From Candidatus Amesbacteria bacterium GW2011_GWB1_47_19 (GTDB lineage: Bacteria; Patescibacteriota; Microgenomatia; CAZETR01; Amesbacteraceae), in contig LCNZ01000007.1 of NCBI GenBank assembly GCA_001002325.1, forward strand, positions 91,410 to 155,409: a stretch of DNA of 64,000 nucleotides. Direction: 5' to 3'. This document shows, piece after piece, positions 1-9,556 of this stretch. Below the pieces are notes generated by a model, which ran no database searches, was not told where the DNA came from, and worked only from the letters and a program-made list of their open reading frames with translations. The translations under genes were made by a program, and so were the position numbers. Each line of letters opens with the position of its first letter. Positions within the stretch are counted from its first letter, which is position 1.

Positions 1-2
1 AA

Positions 3-389
3 GAGGTCCTCTTGTGCGGGGGGACGGAGACCCCTCCGAGTTCCAGAATTCATAAGGCGGCGGTGGGGACGGAAACATGGGTGCCCTGGCGGTATTTCAA
101 AAGCGCTCAGGAAGCGCTTTTTGATCTCAGATCGCAGATCCCAGATCTCAGAATAATAGCAGTCGAGCAGGATAAACGCTCCGCTTCAATTTTCAATTTT
201 CAATTTTCAATTTTCAAAAATATGCCGGCAGCTGTGGTGGTGGGGCATGAGACGGAGGGGGTATCCAAAGAAGTGCTGGAGATGGCGGATAAGATTGTGG
301 AGATCCCTATGTGGGGGGTTAATAAATCTTTGAACGTGGTGGTGAGCCTGGGGATAGTGCTGTATCAATTATTGACCCCTGGGAATTAG
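3..389 (+). CDS. SpoU/TrmH family RNA methyltransferase (5' partial)
   Basis: Motifs KAAVG, VVGHETEGVS and VEIPMWGVNKSLNV; the frame is open to the window edge. Confidence 0.9.
   Translation, partial: EVLLCGGTETPPSSRIHKAAVGTETWVPWRYFKSAQEALFDLRSQIPDLRIIAVEQDKRSASIFNFQFSIFKNMPAAVVVGHETEGVSKEVLEMADKIVEIPMWGVNKSLNVVVSLGIVLYQLLTPGN
123..217 (+). repeat. Two in-frame heptamer arrays, (GATCNCA)4 and (TTCAATT)4, in the TrmH gene
   Basis: Arrays at 123-150 and 185-217; they translate as DLRSQIPDL and SIFNFQFSIF. Confidence 0.85.
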
Positions 390-1870
390 TTGTGGAGCCG
401 GGCGAGGCGGGTAGGGGTAAGAAAACGCCAGAAGAAGGGGACGCGCAACTGGGAAAGGCGATTTTCCACCTGGATAGGGCAGCTGACAGCTTCGCACCTG
501 ATGTCGTACACACTATAAATGTAGGCGGCGTTGAAATATAAACCTACGGTGAGTAGAACCAGGAGTGTGCATTGGCGCAGACGATTGAGAAGGTGCGACG
601 GGAAAATTTCATACGAGAGAAAAGGAAGGAAAAACAGGATTACCAGAGCTTTGAAGGTTAATGAGGAGGTGGTAGGCATAAAAGCATTGTGGAGATAAAA
701 CCGGGATGACAGCCAGGTGCCGATAGCTAGAAGTGCCCACAGGAGATTGGGTTTTTTTATAGCTTCGATAACAGCGAGTGAGCCGGTGAGGGCAAATAGA
801 GGGAAGAGGGGGTATCGGTACCAACCCAGGGGATCCTGTTCACCGGAGGAGATAACTATGACTGTCATCCAAAAAACAATCGAAGTTGTTAGATACCGGA
901 CTTTGGGATGCGAATTTTTCAGGATAAGAATTGCCAAACTGCTGACTAGAATAAAAATATACCAACCGTCATAAAAGGTTTCGTTGCTGGTGCTGTAATA
1001 AGGGGTGGAGAGAACATAGCCTAATGATGACCAGCCGGAGGGACGGAAACCCTGGATGCGAAGAATGGTCCAGGCAAAGTCTCCGCCCTGCCACAAGTAA
1101 TATCCCAAAAAAGCGCCCACAAAGGGGAAGATTCCCAGGACAATGAGAAAAGCTTTTTTCCAGTGCTTATACCGGGCGAGAAAAAAAGCAAAAAGAAAAA
1201 TTATGAGAAATCCGGTGGGTTTCATGAGCCCGGCCAAACCGGAGGCAATCACTATCCCGATGAGAAGTAGGATATTGGATCTGGAGTTCTGCTTGCGATG
1301 GTCATAAAAAGTGAATAAATATAGGCTGAGAATAAAGAGGAAGGAGATACCATTTTCGGGCAGGGAGTAGCGGGAGCCGAAAAGGAAAATTGGGGTGAGG
1401 GTGTAGAGGGTGGCGGGCAATAAACCAAAACCCGGACCAAACCATTTTTTTCCCCATGAATAAAGCAAAAGGGTTGTACAGAGACCAAAAATAATCGACG
1501 GGAGACGGATGTGGCTGACTGGCAGGACAGAAAGCAGTTTGTCCCGGTATAAATGAGCGACGCCGCCTGAAAGGAGGGAGTAAAGAGGGGGTTCGTCCAA
1601 CCATGGACGAACCATTTTGACACCCACAGGGATATCCTCTTCCTTACCCAGGAGACCATCGAAGAAAGTCCATGATTTTGGGTAAATGTTGTGCTGGGAC
1701 CAACCAACCGGCCGGCCGGTTTCGATAAGACCCAGACCCGACCATCCATAGTTTTGTTCATCGGCATGGCCGGCTAACGGCCAGCGACCGTAGTTGTGAA
1801 CCCTGATGATGAACAGGAAAATTAATACCAACAAGACTGCCGCTGTTGAGAAAATTCGTTTCCGGGTCAT
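386..1870 (-). CDS. GT39/ArnT-like polytopic membrane glycosyltransferase
   Basis: HADE after the first TM, DEPPLY, many TM helices, RYPLFP. Confidence 0.75.
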   Translation of the reverse strand: MTRKRIFSTAAVLLVLIFLFIIRVHNYGRWPLAGHADEQNYGWSGLGLIETGRPVGWSQHNIYPKSWTFFDGLLGKEEDIPVGVKMVRPWLDEPPLYSLLSGGVAHLYRDKLLSVLPVSHIRLPSIIFGLCTTLLLYSWGKKWFGPGFGLLPATLYTLTPIFLFGSRYSLPENGISFLFILSLYLFTFYDHRKQNSRSNILLLIGIVIASGLAGLMKPTGFLIIFLFAFFLARYKHWKKAFLIVLGIFPFVGAFLGYYLWQGGDFAWTILRIQGFRPSGWSSLGYVLSTPYYSTSNETFYDGWYIFILVSSLAILILKNSHPKVRYLTTSIVFWMTVIVISSGEQDPLGWYRYPLFPLFALTGSLAVIEAIKKPNLLWALLAIGTWLSSRFYLHNAFMPTTSSLTFKALVILFFLPFLSYEIFPSHLLNRLRQCTLLVLLTVGLYFNAAYIYSVYDIRCEAVSCPIQVENRLSQLRVPFFWRFLTPTRLARLHN

Positions 1871-1888
1871 GATACGGATGAGATGGGA

Positions 1889-3385
1889 TTAATGGCTGAC
1901 ACTGACGGCAATGTTAACATCAACGGATTCGGGTTTCTGCAATTTGATGCCGGCGGGGATGACCAGTTTCGCGGGGATGACAAAGGATTCGGTTTGACCA
2001 GACAGATCAACCAGCTCGGTAACAACGCTTTTGGGGGTGGCAAAGCCATCCGGAATCCAGAGATCTACCTGGTTCGGGGTGACAGACAGAGTTGTAATGG
2101 TGTAACCGGATGGAAGTTCACCTTTGGTTTTGATATCGATACCGACGGAAGCCGAATAATATTTTTTGGCGGTAAGAAGAATAACGTTGGGATCGATGGA
2201 GATGATAGACAGGTTGAGCGGCTGTTTTATTAATTGAGGCGAGATGTCGAATTTGTTGACGCCGTCGGTCAGAATTGAGGTGTCGAGGTCGATCTTGAAG
2301 TCGCCGGTGTCGATACCGGTAAATGCCAGGTCCCCCCGGCCGACAACGGTGACGGCAATTTCCTTGGGGCTGTAGGTTTCGATAAGGACATCCTGGGGAA
2401 GCTGGGTGAAGTTTATGGGGATACTGTAGGTTTTACTGATGATTTCGGTCCGGTACGCACTGAAAAACCAAATAATTGCCGCTGAGAACAGGGCGAGCGT
2501 TTTCAGAGTGAGATTCTTGCTGACCAAATATTTCAGGTTCCAGGAGGGGGTGGAAACGAATTTGGCTTTTATAAATTTTTCCATTTCTTTTTCCAGGTCG
2601 GAAAATTCAGTTAATGTCTTGAGTTTGCCGTCGCGACAGATTGAAATTCTGCCTTTTTCTTCGGAAACCACGATACAGAGAGCGTCGCAATTTTCGGATA
2701 AACCGAGGGCGGCACTATGTCGGGTGCCGCGTTTTCCCAATTGATTGAAATTGTTGGATAAGGGTAAATGGGCGCCGAATTTGGTGATTCGACCATTGCT
2801 GATGACCAGTGCACCGTCATGGCCCAGGGAATGGGGATCGAAGATGCTTAATAGCACTTCCTCGGAAATTATTCCATCGAGTAAAATACCGCCTTCCAGA
2901 AGGTGGTCCAGAGCGTCATGGCCCTGGACAACGATCAGGGCTCCGATTCTGGACTGGGCCATTTTGACAGTTGACTGGAGGATTTCCCCGGTAGACGGAG
3001 ATTTTGTAGTCAGGCGGCCGACTTTGATACGCCTGGTACCTAAAAGGCCCAGCAGCTCGAAATATTTTCGGATTTCCGACTGGAAAATGATAATAAAAAC
3101 CACGACTGAAACCCCGAAGAAGTATTGCAAGGCTGACGAGGTGAGATAAAGATTAAAAATCCTGGCCAGGACATACAGCAGGGAGATAATGATCAACCCA
3201 AAAAGAATGAGGAAAGTCCGGGTTCTTTTAAACAGATACAGGATTGAGTAAATAAATAGGGTGATGATGAAGATATCCAAAAGGTCTGTAGGATATATTT
3301 GGCCGGTAAAGTTGAAAATGCCTTTCGGACCGGTGAAATAGGAGAGCAGGGCCCGGAAAGTCGGGGAGCTTAACAGGAATTGCAT
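1889..3385 (-). CDS. dacA: Diadenylate cyclase CdaA fused to YbbR/CdaR-like extracellular domains
   Basis: Three N-terminal TMs, IFQSEIR, GHDGAL and GTRHSAA motifs, then a TM and a beta-rich C-terminus. Start moved to ATG 3385 because the upstream part overlaps the 16S promoter. Confidence 0.85.
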   Translation of the reverse strand: MQFLLSSPTFRALLSYFTGPKGIFNFTGQIYPTDLLDIFIITLFIYSILYLFKRTRTFLILFGLIIISLLYVLARIFNLYLTSSALQYFFGVSVVVFIIIFQSEIRKYFELLGLLGTRRIKVGRLTTKSPSTGEILQSTVKMAQSRIGALIVVQGHDALDHLLEGGILLDGIISEEVLLSIFDPHSLGHDGALVISNGRITKFGAHLPLSNNFNQLGKRGTRHSAALGLSENCDALCIVVSEEKGRISICRDGKLKTLTEFSDLEKEMEKFIKAKFVSTPSWNLKYLVSKNLTLKTLALFSAAIIWFFSAYRTEIISKTYSIPINFTQLPQDVLIETYSPKEIAVTVVGRGDLAFTGIDTGDFKIDLDTSILTDGVNKFDISPQLIKQPLNLSIISIDPNVILLTAKKYYSASVGIDIKTKGELPSGYTITTLSVTPNQVDLWIPDGFATPKSVVTELVDLSGQTESFVIPAKLVIPAGIKLQKPESVDVNIAVSVSH

Positions 3386-3433
3386 GCACCCAGAGTAATC
3401 TGAAGGACGAAAAAAGTCCAGGGTGGGAATGCC

Positions 3434-3462
3434 TTTACAGGTGGGGGTGATTGAGGTACAAT
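3434..3462 (+). promoter_or_regulatory. Sigma70 promoter of the 16S rRNA gene
   Basis: TTTACA-17bp-TACAAT, followed by boxA-like CACTTTGACAAG (~3491) and the processing-stem 5' arm. Confidence 0.7.
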
Positions 3463-3563
3463 TGCGTTTGCTTCTTGGAGATCGGTCTGGCACTTTGACA
3501 AGTGAGTGATTTTTGAGTAAGGAGCTACTTCTTGTATTTCAGGAAGTGGTAGGAATTTTTTTT

Positions 3564-3599
<36 letters not shown>

Positions 3600-4569
3600 A
3601 GTGCCTTAGGCATGCAAGTGGAATGTCGATAATCCCGCAAGGGATGATCGGCATCGCAGACGGGTGAGTACAGCGTAGGAATTTGCCCAATGGTGGGGAA
3701 TAACTCGCCGAAAGGCGGGCTAATACCGCATAAGATCGCAAGATGAAAGGCCGTAACTGGCCGCCGATGGAGAAGCCTACGTCCTATCAGCTAGTTGGTG
3801 GGGTAAAAGCCTACCAAGGCTATGACGGGTAGCTGGACTGAGAGGTTGGTCAGCCACAATAGCACTGAGACACGGGCTATACATCTACGGATGGCAGCAA
3901 CCGGGAATATTGCGCAATGGACGAAAGTCTGACGCAGCGACTCCGCGTGAGGGATGACGGCCTTCGGGTCTTAAACCTCTTTTGTCCCGCTATACGGCGG
4001 GGAGAATAAGCACCTGCTAACCACGTGCCAGCAGCCGCGGTAATACGTGGGGTGCAAGCGTTATCCGGATTTACTGGGCGTAAAGAGTTCGTAGGCGTTT
4101 TGCCAAGTTTTGTTTGAAAGACCGAGGCTCAACTTCGGAAACGGACGAAATACTGGCAGAATCGAGTTAGTTAGGGGGTACTGGAACTATCAGTGTAGCA
4201 GTGAAATGCGTTGATATTGACAGGAACACCAAGGGCGAAGGCAGGTACCTGGGACTTAACTGACGCTGAGGAACGAAAGCTAGGGGAGCGAAACGGATTA
4301 GAGACCCGTGTAGTCCTAGCCGTAAACTATGTACGCTTGATCCTTGATTTCCGCCTTTGGCGGAGCTGGGGGTTGGAGCTAACGCGTGAAGCGTACCGCC
4401 TGGGGAGTACGACCGCAAGGTTAAAACTCAAAGGAATTGACGGGGAAGTGCACAACCAGGGGAGCATGTGGTTCAATTCGATACGAAGCGAAGGACCTTA
4501 CCCAGACTTGACATCTCGAAGTTCTACTTTGCAGAAATGCGAAGGAGTCCGTAAGGAGATCGAGACAGC

Positions 4570-4600
<31 letters not shown>

Positions 4601-4918
4601 GGGTGTCGACTTAAGTGTCGAAACGAGCGCAACCCTTATCGCATGTTCAATAGTCTTGCGAAACCTACAATGGGGAGTAACAACGGGTTGCCAAGCCGCA
4701 AGGCGGAGCTAATCCCATCAAACCTCCCCCCAGTTCAGATTGAGGGCTGCAACTCGCCCTCATGAAGACGGACTTGGTAGTAATCGCGGATCAGCAGGCC
4801 GCGGTGAATACGTTCTCACTTCTTGTACACACCGCCCATCAAGCCAGCAAAGTCGGCAATACCTGAAACTCTGGGTTTCCCGGGGCAAGGGTAGGGTCGG
4901 CGATGAGGGCTAAGTTGT

Positions 4919-5642
4919 AAATTGTTGCAACTTGCAGGAGTAATTCTGCAAACAAATCTCGCTGTATCGGTGGAGCCTAAATTGATTTCGGGTATATTTC
5001 GGTATACACTTAATTGACATGGGAATACCGAGGGAACCCTTCGGCTTCGCTCAGGGCAAGCCGCTGGGACGCCGTAGAGACTACACGCGAGCGCCGGTAA
5101 CAAAGGCATATTTAATGGGTATTATTCATGACGCAACCGAGAGAAAGTTAACTTTCCGTATTGCCCAGAAAAGTGAAGAATTTCTTCGCTATTTGAGCAG
5201 GGAATTGGCGCTATCGGATATCAAATCCTGGATTTATAAGGAAGGGAAAACCAGGCAAGTTTGGATTTTGGAATTTTCCAAAAAACATTTGACCGGAATA
5301 AAGATTAAATCCAGAAAAGATAAAGTTGATTATCTGAGGGGTTATTTTGACGCGGAAGGCGGAATTGCCAGAAATCCTAATGTAAGGTTTTACCTGTATT
5401 ATTGTCAAAAGAATTTTGATGAAATGGTGCAGGTGAAAACAATGCTGGAGGATATCGGGATAAGTTGCGGGAAGATTCATAACCCAAACAGGATAAAAGA
5501 CCCGGATTTTTATAGATTTTATATCAGAGCAAAATCTTATACGGATTTTGCCCGAAAAATTGGGTCGTTGCATCCTGAAAAGATGTCTTTGTTGAGGATG
5601 AAGATATAGTCCAAGCCCCGATGAAAATCGGGGAGCACCTTG
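4919..5642 (+). mobile_element. Group I intron in 16S after U1498 (E. coli numbering)
   Basis: Exons rejoin as AAGTTGT|AACAAGGTA. The 5' exon ends in U and the intron ends in G; P1 is AAGTTGT/GCAACTT; conserved AAGATATAGTCC near the 3' end. Confidence 0.92.
5019..5609 (+). CDS. LAGLIDADG homing endonuclease (two motifs)
   Basis: AYLMGIIHDAT and DYLRGYFDAEG; lies inside the 16S intron. Confidence 0.9.
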   Translation: MGIPREPFGFAQGKPLGRRRDYTRAPVTKAYLMGIIHDATERKLTFRIAQKSEEFLRYLSRELALSDIKSWIYKEGKTRQVWILEFSKKHLTGIKIKSRKDKVDYLRGYFDAEGGIARNPNVRFYLYYCQKNFDEMVQVKTMLEDIGISCGKIHNPNRIKDPDFYRFYIRAKSYTDFARKIGSLHPEKMSLLRMKI

Positions 5643-5824
5643 AACAAGGTATCCCTAGCCGAAGCTGGGGATGGATCACCTCCTTTCTAGGAGTATCTAA
5701 TACACCCCGAGGTTACGGATAAGGTTCTCGTAAAAAAACCTATCACATGAAACGGGATTGGTTGACTAACGTCAAATCACCAACCGCCGTTTTCCTACCA
5801 CTTCTTGGAATATAATAAGAATAA

Positions 5825-5876
5825 CTCACCCCTAACCCCTCTCTTAATCTAAGAGAGGGGATAAGAAGAGGGGGAG
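5825..5876. repeat. BoxC-like palindromic element, copy 1
   Basis: CTCACCCCTAA-CCCCTCTCTTA ATC TAAGAGAGGGG; related copies at 30125, 41093, 42014 and 42287. Confidence 0.85.
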
Positions 5877-5880
5877 GAAG

Positions 5881-5906
5881 AAAGCCCGCCATACGGTGGG
5901 TTTTTT
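5881..5906 (+). terminator. Intrinsic terminator after 16S
   Basis: AAAGCCCGCC ATAC GGTGGG TTTTTT. Confidence 0.75.
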
Positions 5907-5914
5907 GGTGGCTA

Positions 5915-6763
5915 TTAGAGTTTTTCGGAGGTGGATTCGGAGAGTTTTTGTTCGGCCAGTATGCGGCGGTTCATTTTGCGGGCAGCCTGAAAAATTTCAG
6001 CGGGAATTTTTTGCCGGGAGCAATAGTCTATCCAGGTGACCAGATCTTTAGGGAAGCATTTACCTTTGACGCCGCGATGTCCCCGGTGCCAGATTACCCG
6101 ATAGTGGCGGCCCATGGGAACGCCCACCCACTTTGAAGCCATGGCGGCCTTGATAACCCGTTCGTAGTCCAGTTTTTCTTTGCGGCAAACTTCCCAATAA
6201 TGATTAGATTCCAGAACTTCCAGGACTCCGTGCAGATTATTAATGTACTTTAGAAGTTCGGCTTCTTTGGCCGGAAAAATCATATCGTAAGGGCTGACGG
6301 GGAGGGAATTGAGGACTTTTATAGCCATGGATAATGATTGTCCGGTATAGCCGATAAACTGGCGGTCGGGATTGTTGAAGTCGCTATCGGCGGTGGCTTC
6401 GGACAAGAATTCCGGGTTGAACAGCAGTTTCAGACCGGGGAATTTTTTTTGCAGCCGGTCGGTGGTGCCGACAGTGACAGTGCTTTTGAGAACGACAGTT
6501 TTGCCAATCGGAATCAGGGAGAGGACTGAAATTACTGCCGAGTCATCGTAGGTTTTTTTGATCCAGAGATAGGGGGTGGGGACGCATACGAAAATCAGGT
6601 CAGCATTTAGGGCCTGTTTTTTTTGCGTTTGTTCACGGAGATCGTAGCCCCAGACCGGGTAACCCGATTTTTTGAAGTAACGGTAGACAGTACCGCCGAC
6701 CATGCCCAAATGGCCGATCACTCCTACAGATTTAAAATGTTTAAGAGAAATAATAATGCCCAT
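5915..6763 (-). CDS. UDP-glucose/GDP-mannose dehydrogenase family protein (short form)
   Basis: GHLGMVG, VCVPTP, KSTVTVGTT, FNPEFLSE and GKCFPKD; lacks the C-terminal UDP-binding domain. Confidence 0.85.
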   Translation of the reverse strand: MGIIISLKHFKSVGVIGHLGMVGGTVYRYFKKSGYPVWGYDLREQTQKKQALNADLIFVCVPTPYLWIKKTYDDSAVISVLSLIPIGKTVVLKSTVTVGTTDRLQKKFPGLKLLFNPEFLSEATADSDFNNPDRQFIGYTGQSLSMAIKVLNSLPVSPYDMIFPAKEAELLKYINNLHGVLEVLESNHYWEVCRKEKLDYERVIKAAMASKWVGVPMGRHYRVIWHRGHRGVKGKCFPKDLVTWIDYCSRQKIPAEIFQAARKMNRRILAEQKLSESTSEKL

Positions 6764-6831
6764 TATACTACGATTATTTTATGTGTTGACAATTTAATGC
6801 GGGGGGTGTAATCTTCTAAGATTTACTGATT

Positions 6832-6987
6832 ATGGAAAATAAGAAAACGAGATCTATTTTCGATAAGCCGGATAGGGAGACGGTTACTCCTGAATTGCTT
6901 AAGAGGGCAGGGCTTTTTGTGAATCAGGATTTTTTGAATGTGTGGAGAGAAGGAGCGGGGGACAAAAGTAATAGGGAGAGAAAATAA
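6832..6987 (+). CDS. Small hypothetical protein (51 aa, MENKKTRSIF...)
   Basis: Fills the intergenic gap; TTGACA-17-TAATCT promoter at 6786-6814. Confidence 0.5.
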   Translation: MENKKTRSIFDKPDRETVTPELLKRAGLFVNQDFLNVWREGAGDKSNRERK

Positions 6988-6989
6988 GA

Positions 6990-7214
6990 TTAGCGGAGGT
7001 AGGGATTTCTTTTGGAAAGCTGGGCCTGGGTGGTTTCGACGATATCCGCGATCCAGGAGCCGATGAGGGGTAACCCCCCGGCGGATTTAAGGAGTATTAC
7101 CAGGGTTGTTGAGACGGCGACGAAACCGAGGGTAACTCCAAATGCCCAACCGATACCCCGCAAAAATCCGTCTCTGATTAAATGTGCCACATGGGGGGAA
7201 GGAACAGAGTCCAT
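6990..7214 (-). CDS. Small membrane protein (DUF5665-like)
   Basis: Pattern FLRGIGWAFGVTLG...LPLIGSWIADIV. Confidence 0.65.
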   Translation of the reverse strand: MDSVPSPHVAHLIRDGFLRGIGWAFGVTLGFVAVSTTLVILLKSAGGLPLIGSWIADIVETTQAQLSKRNPYLR

Positions 7215-7250
7215 AGTTTAATATTAGGCCAATGGAGTAAAATTTAGCAA

Positions 7251-7460
7251 ATGGATGCGAAACAAAAAACAAAAATAACCGAACTGGAAGCCAAACTGGC
7301 AAAATACATGCCGATATATTTGGAAAAAAAGAGGCAATTCAGAGGGATAAAACACGAAGATTCGTTATCGGAACTGCGCTATACACAATATATGGTCTAC
7401 AAAGATTTGGTGGAGGGATTGGAGAGGGAAATTGTGAGGTTAAAAATCGGAAAATATTGA
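7251..7460 (+). CDS. Small coiled-coil hypothetical protein
   Basis: TAAAAT 7 nt before the ATG; helical composition. Confidence 0.6.
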   Translation: MDAKQKTKITELEAKLAKYMPIYLEKKRQFRGIKHEDSLSELRYTQYMVYKDLVEGLEREIVRLKIGKY

Positions 7461-7465
7461 TAATT

Positions 7466-7672
7466 ATGGCTGAATTAAAAGTCAACACAGCGGAAAAAGT
7501 ATTTTGGGCGACCGGAGGTGTGTTGGTGGCAGTAGGATTGTTGGGATTGGCGGAAATGTTACGGATCAGGGACTGGGAAGCGGGATTGGTGATTTTTTGC
7601 GGTTTGGGCAGCGGGGTATTGGGATGGGTAAATTTGGTCAGCCGGAGGGATGCAGCCAAGAGCAAGCAATAA
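7466..7672 (+). CDS. Small two-TM hypothetical protein
   Basis: Two hydrophobic segments; follows the previous gene directly. Confidence 0.55.
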   Translation: MAELKVNTAEKVFWATGGVLVAVGLLGLAEMLRIRDWEAGLVIFCGLGSGVLGWVNLVSRRDAAKSKQ

Positions 7673-7675
7673 TTG

Positions 7676-7747
7676 TGGGCGGACATGGAATCGAACCATG
7701 GACCTCTTTCTTATCAGGAAAGCGTTCTACCACTGAACTATCCGCCC
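7676..7747 (-). tRNA. tRNA-Ile(GAT)
   Basis: Cloverleaf GGGCGGATAGTTCAGTGGTAGAAC...CTGATAA...GGTTCGATTCC...TCCGCCCA. Confidence 0.93.
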
Positions 7748-7824
7748 GGTGTGGTTGAAATTATACTACGGAGGCGGGAATATTGGTGGTAAAATACCGG
7801 AGTTTGAGTATAATTATTGCGGAT

Positions 7825-8823
7825 ATGAAGAAGTTTTTGAGCAGAAGAAATATTATTTTGCTGGTAATAGCCGGGCTACTTTTGGGCGGATGGTGGTATC
7901 AGTCCAAGTCCAAGTCCAAGTCCAAGGACATTCGGACGGCGGAAGTGACGCGGGGGACGGTAGAGGAAGTAATCAGCGTTTCCGGGGAGGTTAAGGCTGA
8001 AAATAAGGCAATATTGAATTTTCCGGTACCGGGCAAATTAGGATATGTGAAAGTGAGTGAAGGGCAAAAAGTGGTAAAAGGCCAGGCGCTAATGGGATTG
8101 GACAGCCGGGATATTGCAGTGGCGGAGGTGGCGGCGTATTACAATTATCTAGCGGCGGACGCGAATGCCAAGGAGGTAGAAGATTCAGTAAAAGACCATG
8201 ATAAAGATGAGACGTTTGCCCAAAAGAATGACCGGGTGGCAGCTCAAACGGCACGGGATAAAGCATATGATGCCTGGCAGACTGCCAAACGTGCTTACAT
8301 CAATACCAGTTTGGTAGCGCCGTTTGCGGGAGTTGTGACGAGCCTGACTACTACCGTGGCGGGGGATACGGTGGGAGTTACCGACGGTTTGACAGTGGTA
8401 GATCCGCAGGGTTTGTATTTTGAAATAGAGGTGGATGAGTCAGATATCGGGAAAATCAAACCGGAACAGCCGGTGCAGATAAAGCTGGATGCGTTTGCCG
8501 GGGAGCAGTTTGAGGGTAAATTAGATAAAATCGGATTTGAGGCCAGGCTTTCAACCACCGGGGCGACAGTATTTCCGGTTTGGGTGGTTTTTCCCGAAAC
8601 CGCAATGGAGATGCTGAGGCTGGGGATGAACGGTGATGCGGAAATTGTGTTACAAAAGCGGGAGAACGTATTGAAACTGCCGATAGAAGCCATTGTTGAT
8701 GGAGAAGTAACATTAGCAGGCGAGCTGGCGCAGACGGTCAAGGTTGAAACAGGGCTGGAAAGTGATACGGAGGTGGAAATTACTTCGGGCCTTCAGGAAG
8801 GCGCAGAAGTTGTAATCAAGTAA
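7825..8823 (+). CDS. MacA-like efflux adaptor (membrane fusion protein)
   Basis: N-terminal TM, VSEGQKVVKGQAL, LVAPFAGVV, VDESDIGKIK, LRLGMNG. Confidence 0.9.
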   Translation: MKKFLSRRNIILLVIAGLLLGGWWYQSKSKSKSKDIRTAEVTRGTVEEVISVSGEVKAENKAILNFPVPGKLGYVKVSEGQKVVKGQALMGLDSRDIAVAEVAAYYNYLAADANAKEVEDSVKDHDKDETFAQKNDRVAAQTARDKAYDAWQTAKRAYINTSLVAPFAGVVTSLTTTVAGDTVGVTDGLTVVDPQGLYFEIEVDESDIGKIKPEQPVQIKLDAFAGEQFEGKLDKIGFEARLSTTGATVFPVWVVFPETAMEMLRLGMNGDAEIVLQKRENVLKLPIEAIVDGEVTLAGELAQTVKVETGLESDTEVEITSGLQEGAEVVIK

Positions 8824-8825
8824 AA

Positions 8826-9554
8826 ATGAAGGTCAAAGAAACCCCGGTGGTGAAATTTAGTAATGTCTGCCGGTATTACGGAAGTACCGGCAATGGGGGA
8901 GAGGTGGTTAAGGCCTTGTGCGGGGTGTCTTTTGAAATTACCAAAGGGGAATTTTTAGCAGTTACCGGACCATCGGGGTCAGGGAAATCAACACTTTTAC
9001 ATTTAATGGGCCTTCTTGACAGGCCGAGTGAAGGAGAAATAGATATTGACGGGGTGCCGGTATCGAAAATGTCTGATACCAGTTTAGCCAAATTGCGCAA
9101 CCAGAAAATCGGATTTATTTTTCAACAGTTTAATTTGTTGCCTAAAACGTCTTCGTTGAAGCAGGTGGAATTACCACTGGTGTATGCGGGGGTGCCTGCC
9201 GGGAAAAGGCGGGAGATGGCGAAAAAAGAGTTGGAAGCGGTGGGGCTGGCGGATAAAATGAATAACCGGCCGTCACAACTTTCAGGCGGCCAGCAGCAGC
9301 GGGTGGCGATAGCCCGGGCGATGGTCACGGGACCGGCCTTGCTTCTGGCAGATGAACCTACAGGAAATCTGGACAGTAAATCCGGTGCGTCAATTCTGGA
9401 ATTATTTGAGCAGTTGCACGAAGGTGGGGTCACGGTAATAATTGTCACTCATGACCGGGATGTAGCGGCACATGCTCCCCGGCAATTGGTGATCCGGGAC
9501 GGGGAGCTGGTGGAGGACCAGCCTACGCGGAGGCTACGGCCGGCAAGTAAATAA
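8826..9554 (+). CDS. ABC transporter ATP-binding protein (MacB/LolD type)
   Basis: [27 protein letters not shown]. Confidence 0.95.
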   Translation: MKVKETPVVKFSNVCRYYGSTGNGGEVVKALCGVSFEITKGEFLAVTGPSGSGKSTLLHLMGLLDRPSEGEIDIDGVPVSKMSDTSLAKLRNQKIGFIFQQFNLLPKTSSLKQVELPLVYAGVPAGKRREMAKKELEAVGLADKMNNRPSQLSGGQQQRVAIARAMVTGPALLLADEPTGNLDSKSGASILELFEQLHEGGVTVIIVTHDRDVAAHAPRQLVIRDGELVEDQPTRRLRPASK

Positions 9555-9556
9555 CC

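Noticed and set aside
185-217. Heptamer and palindromic repeats as a CRISPR array
   Set aside because: No repeat-spacer periodicity and no cas genes in the window.
7900-7926. Hexamer repeats (AAGTCC in macA; also alr ~32922-32952, ddl ~33722-33750 and ~33820-33860, WecB ~63826-63853)
   Set aside because: Frame-preserving 6-mers can arise by ordinary slippage; a link to the heptamer family cannot be shown here.
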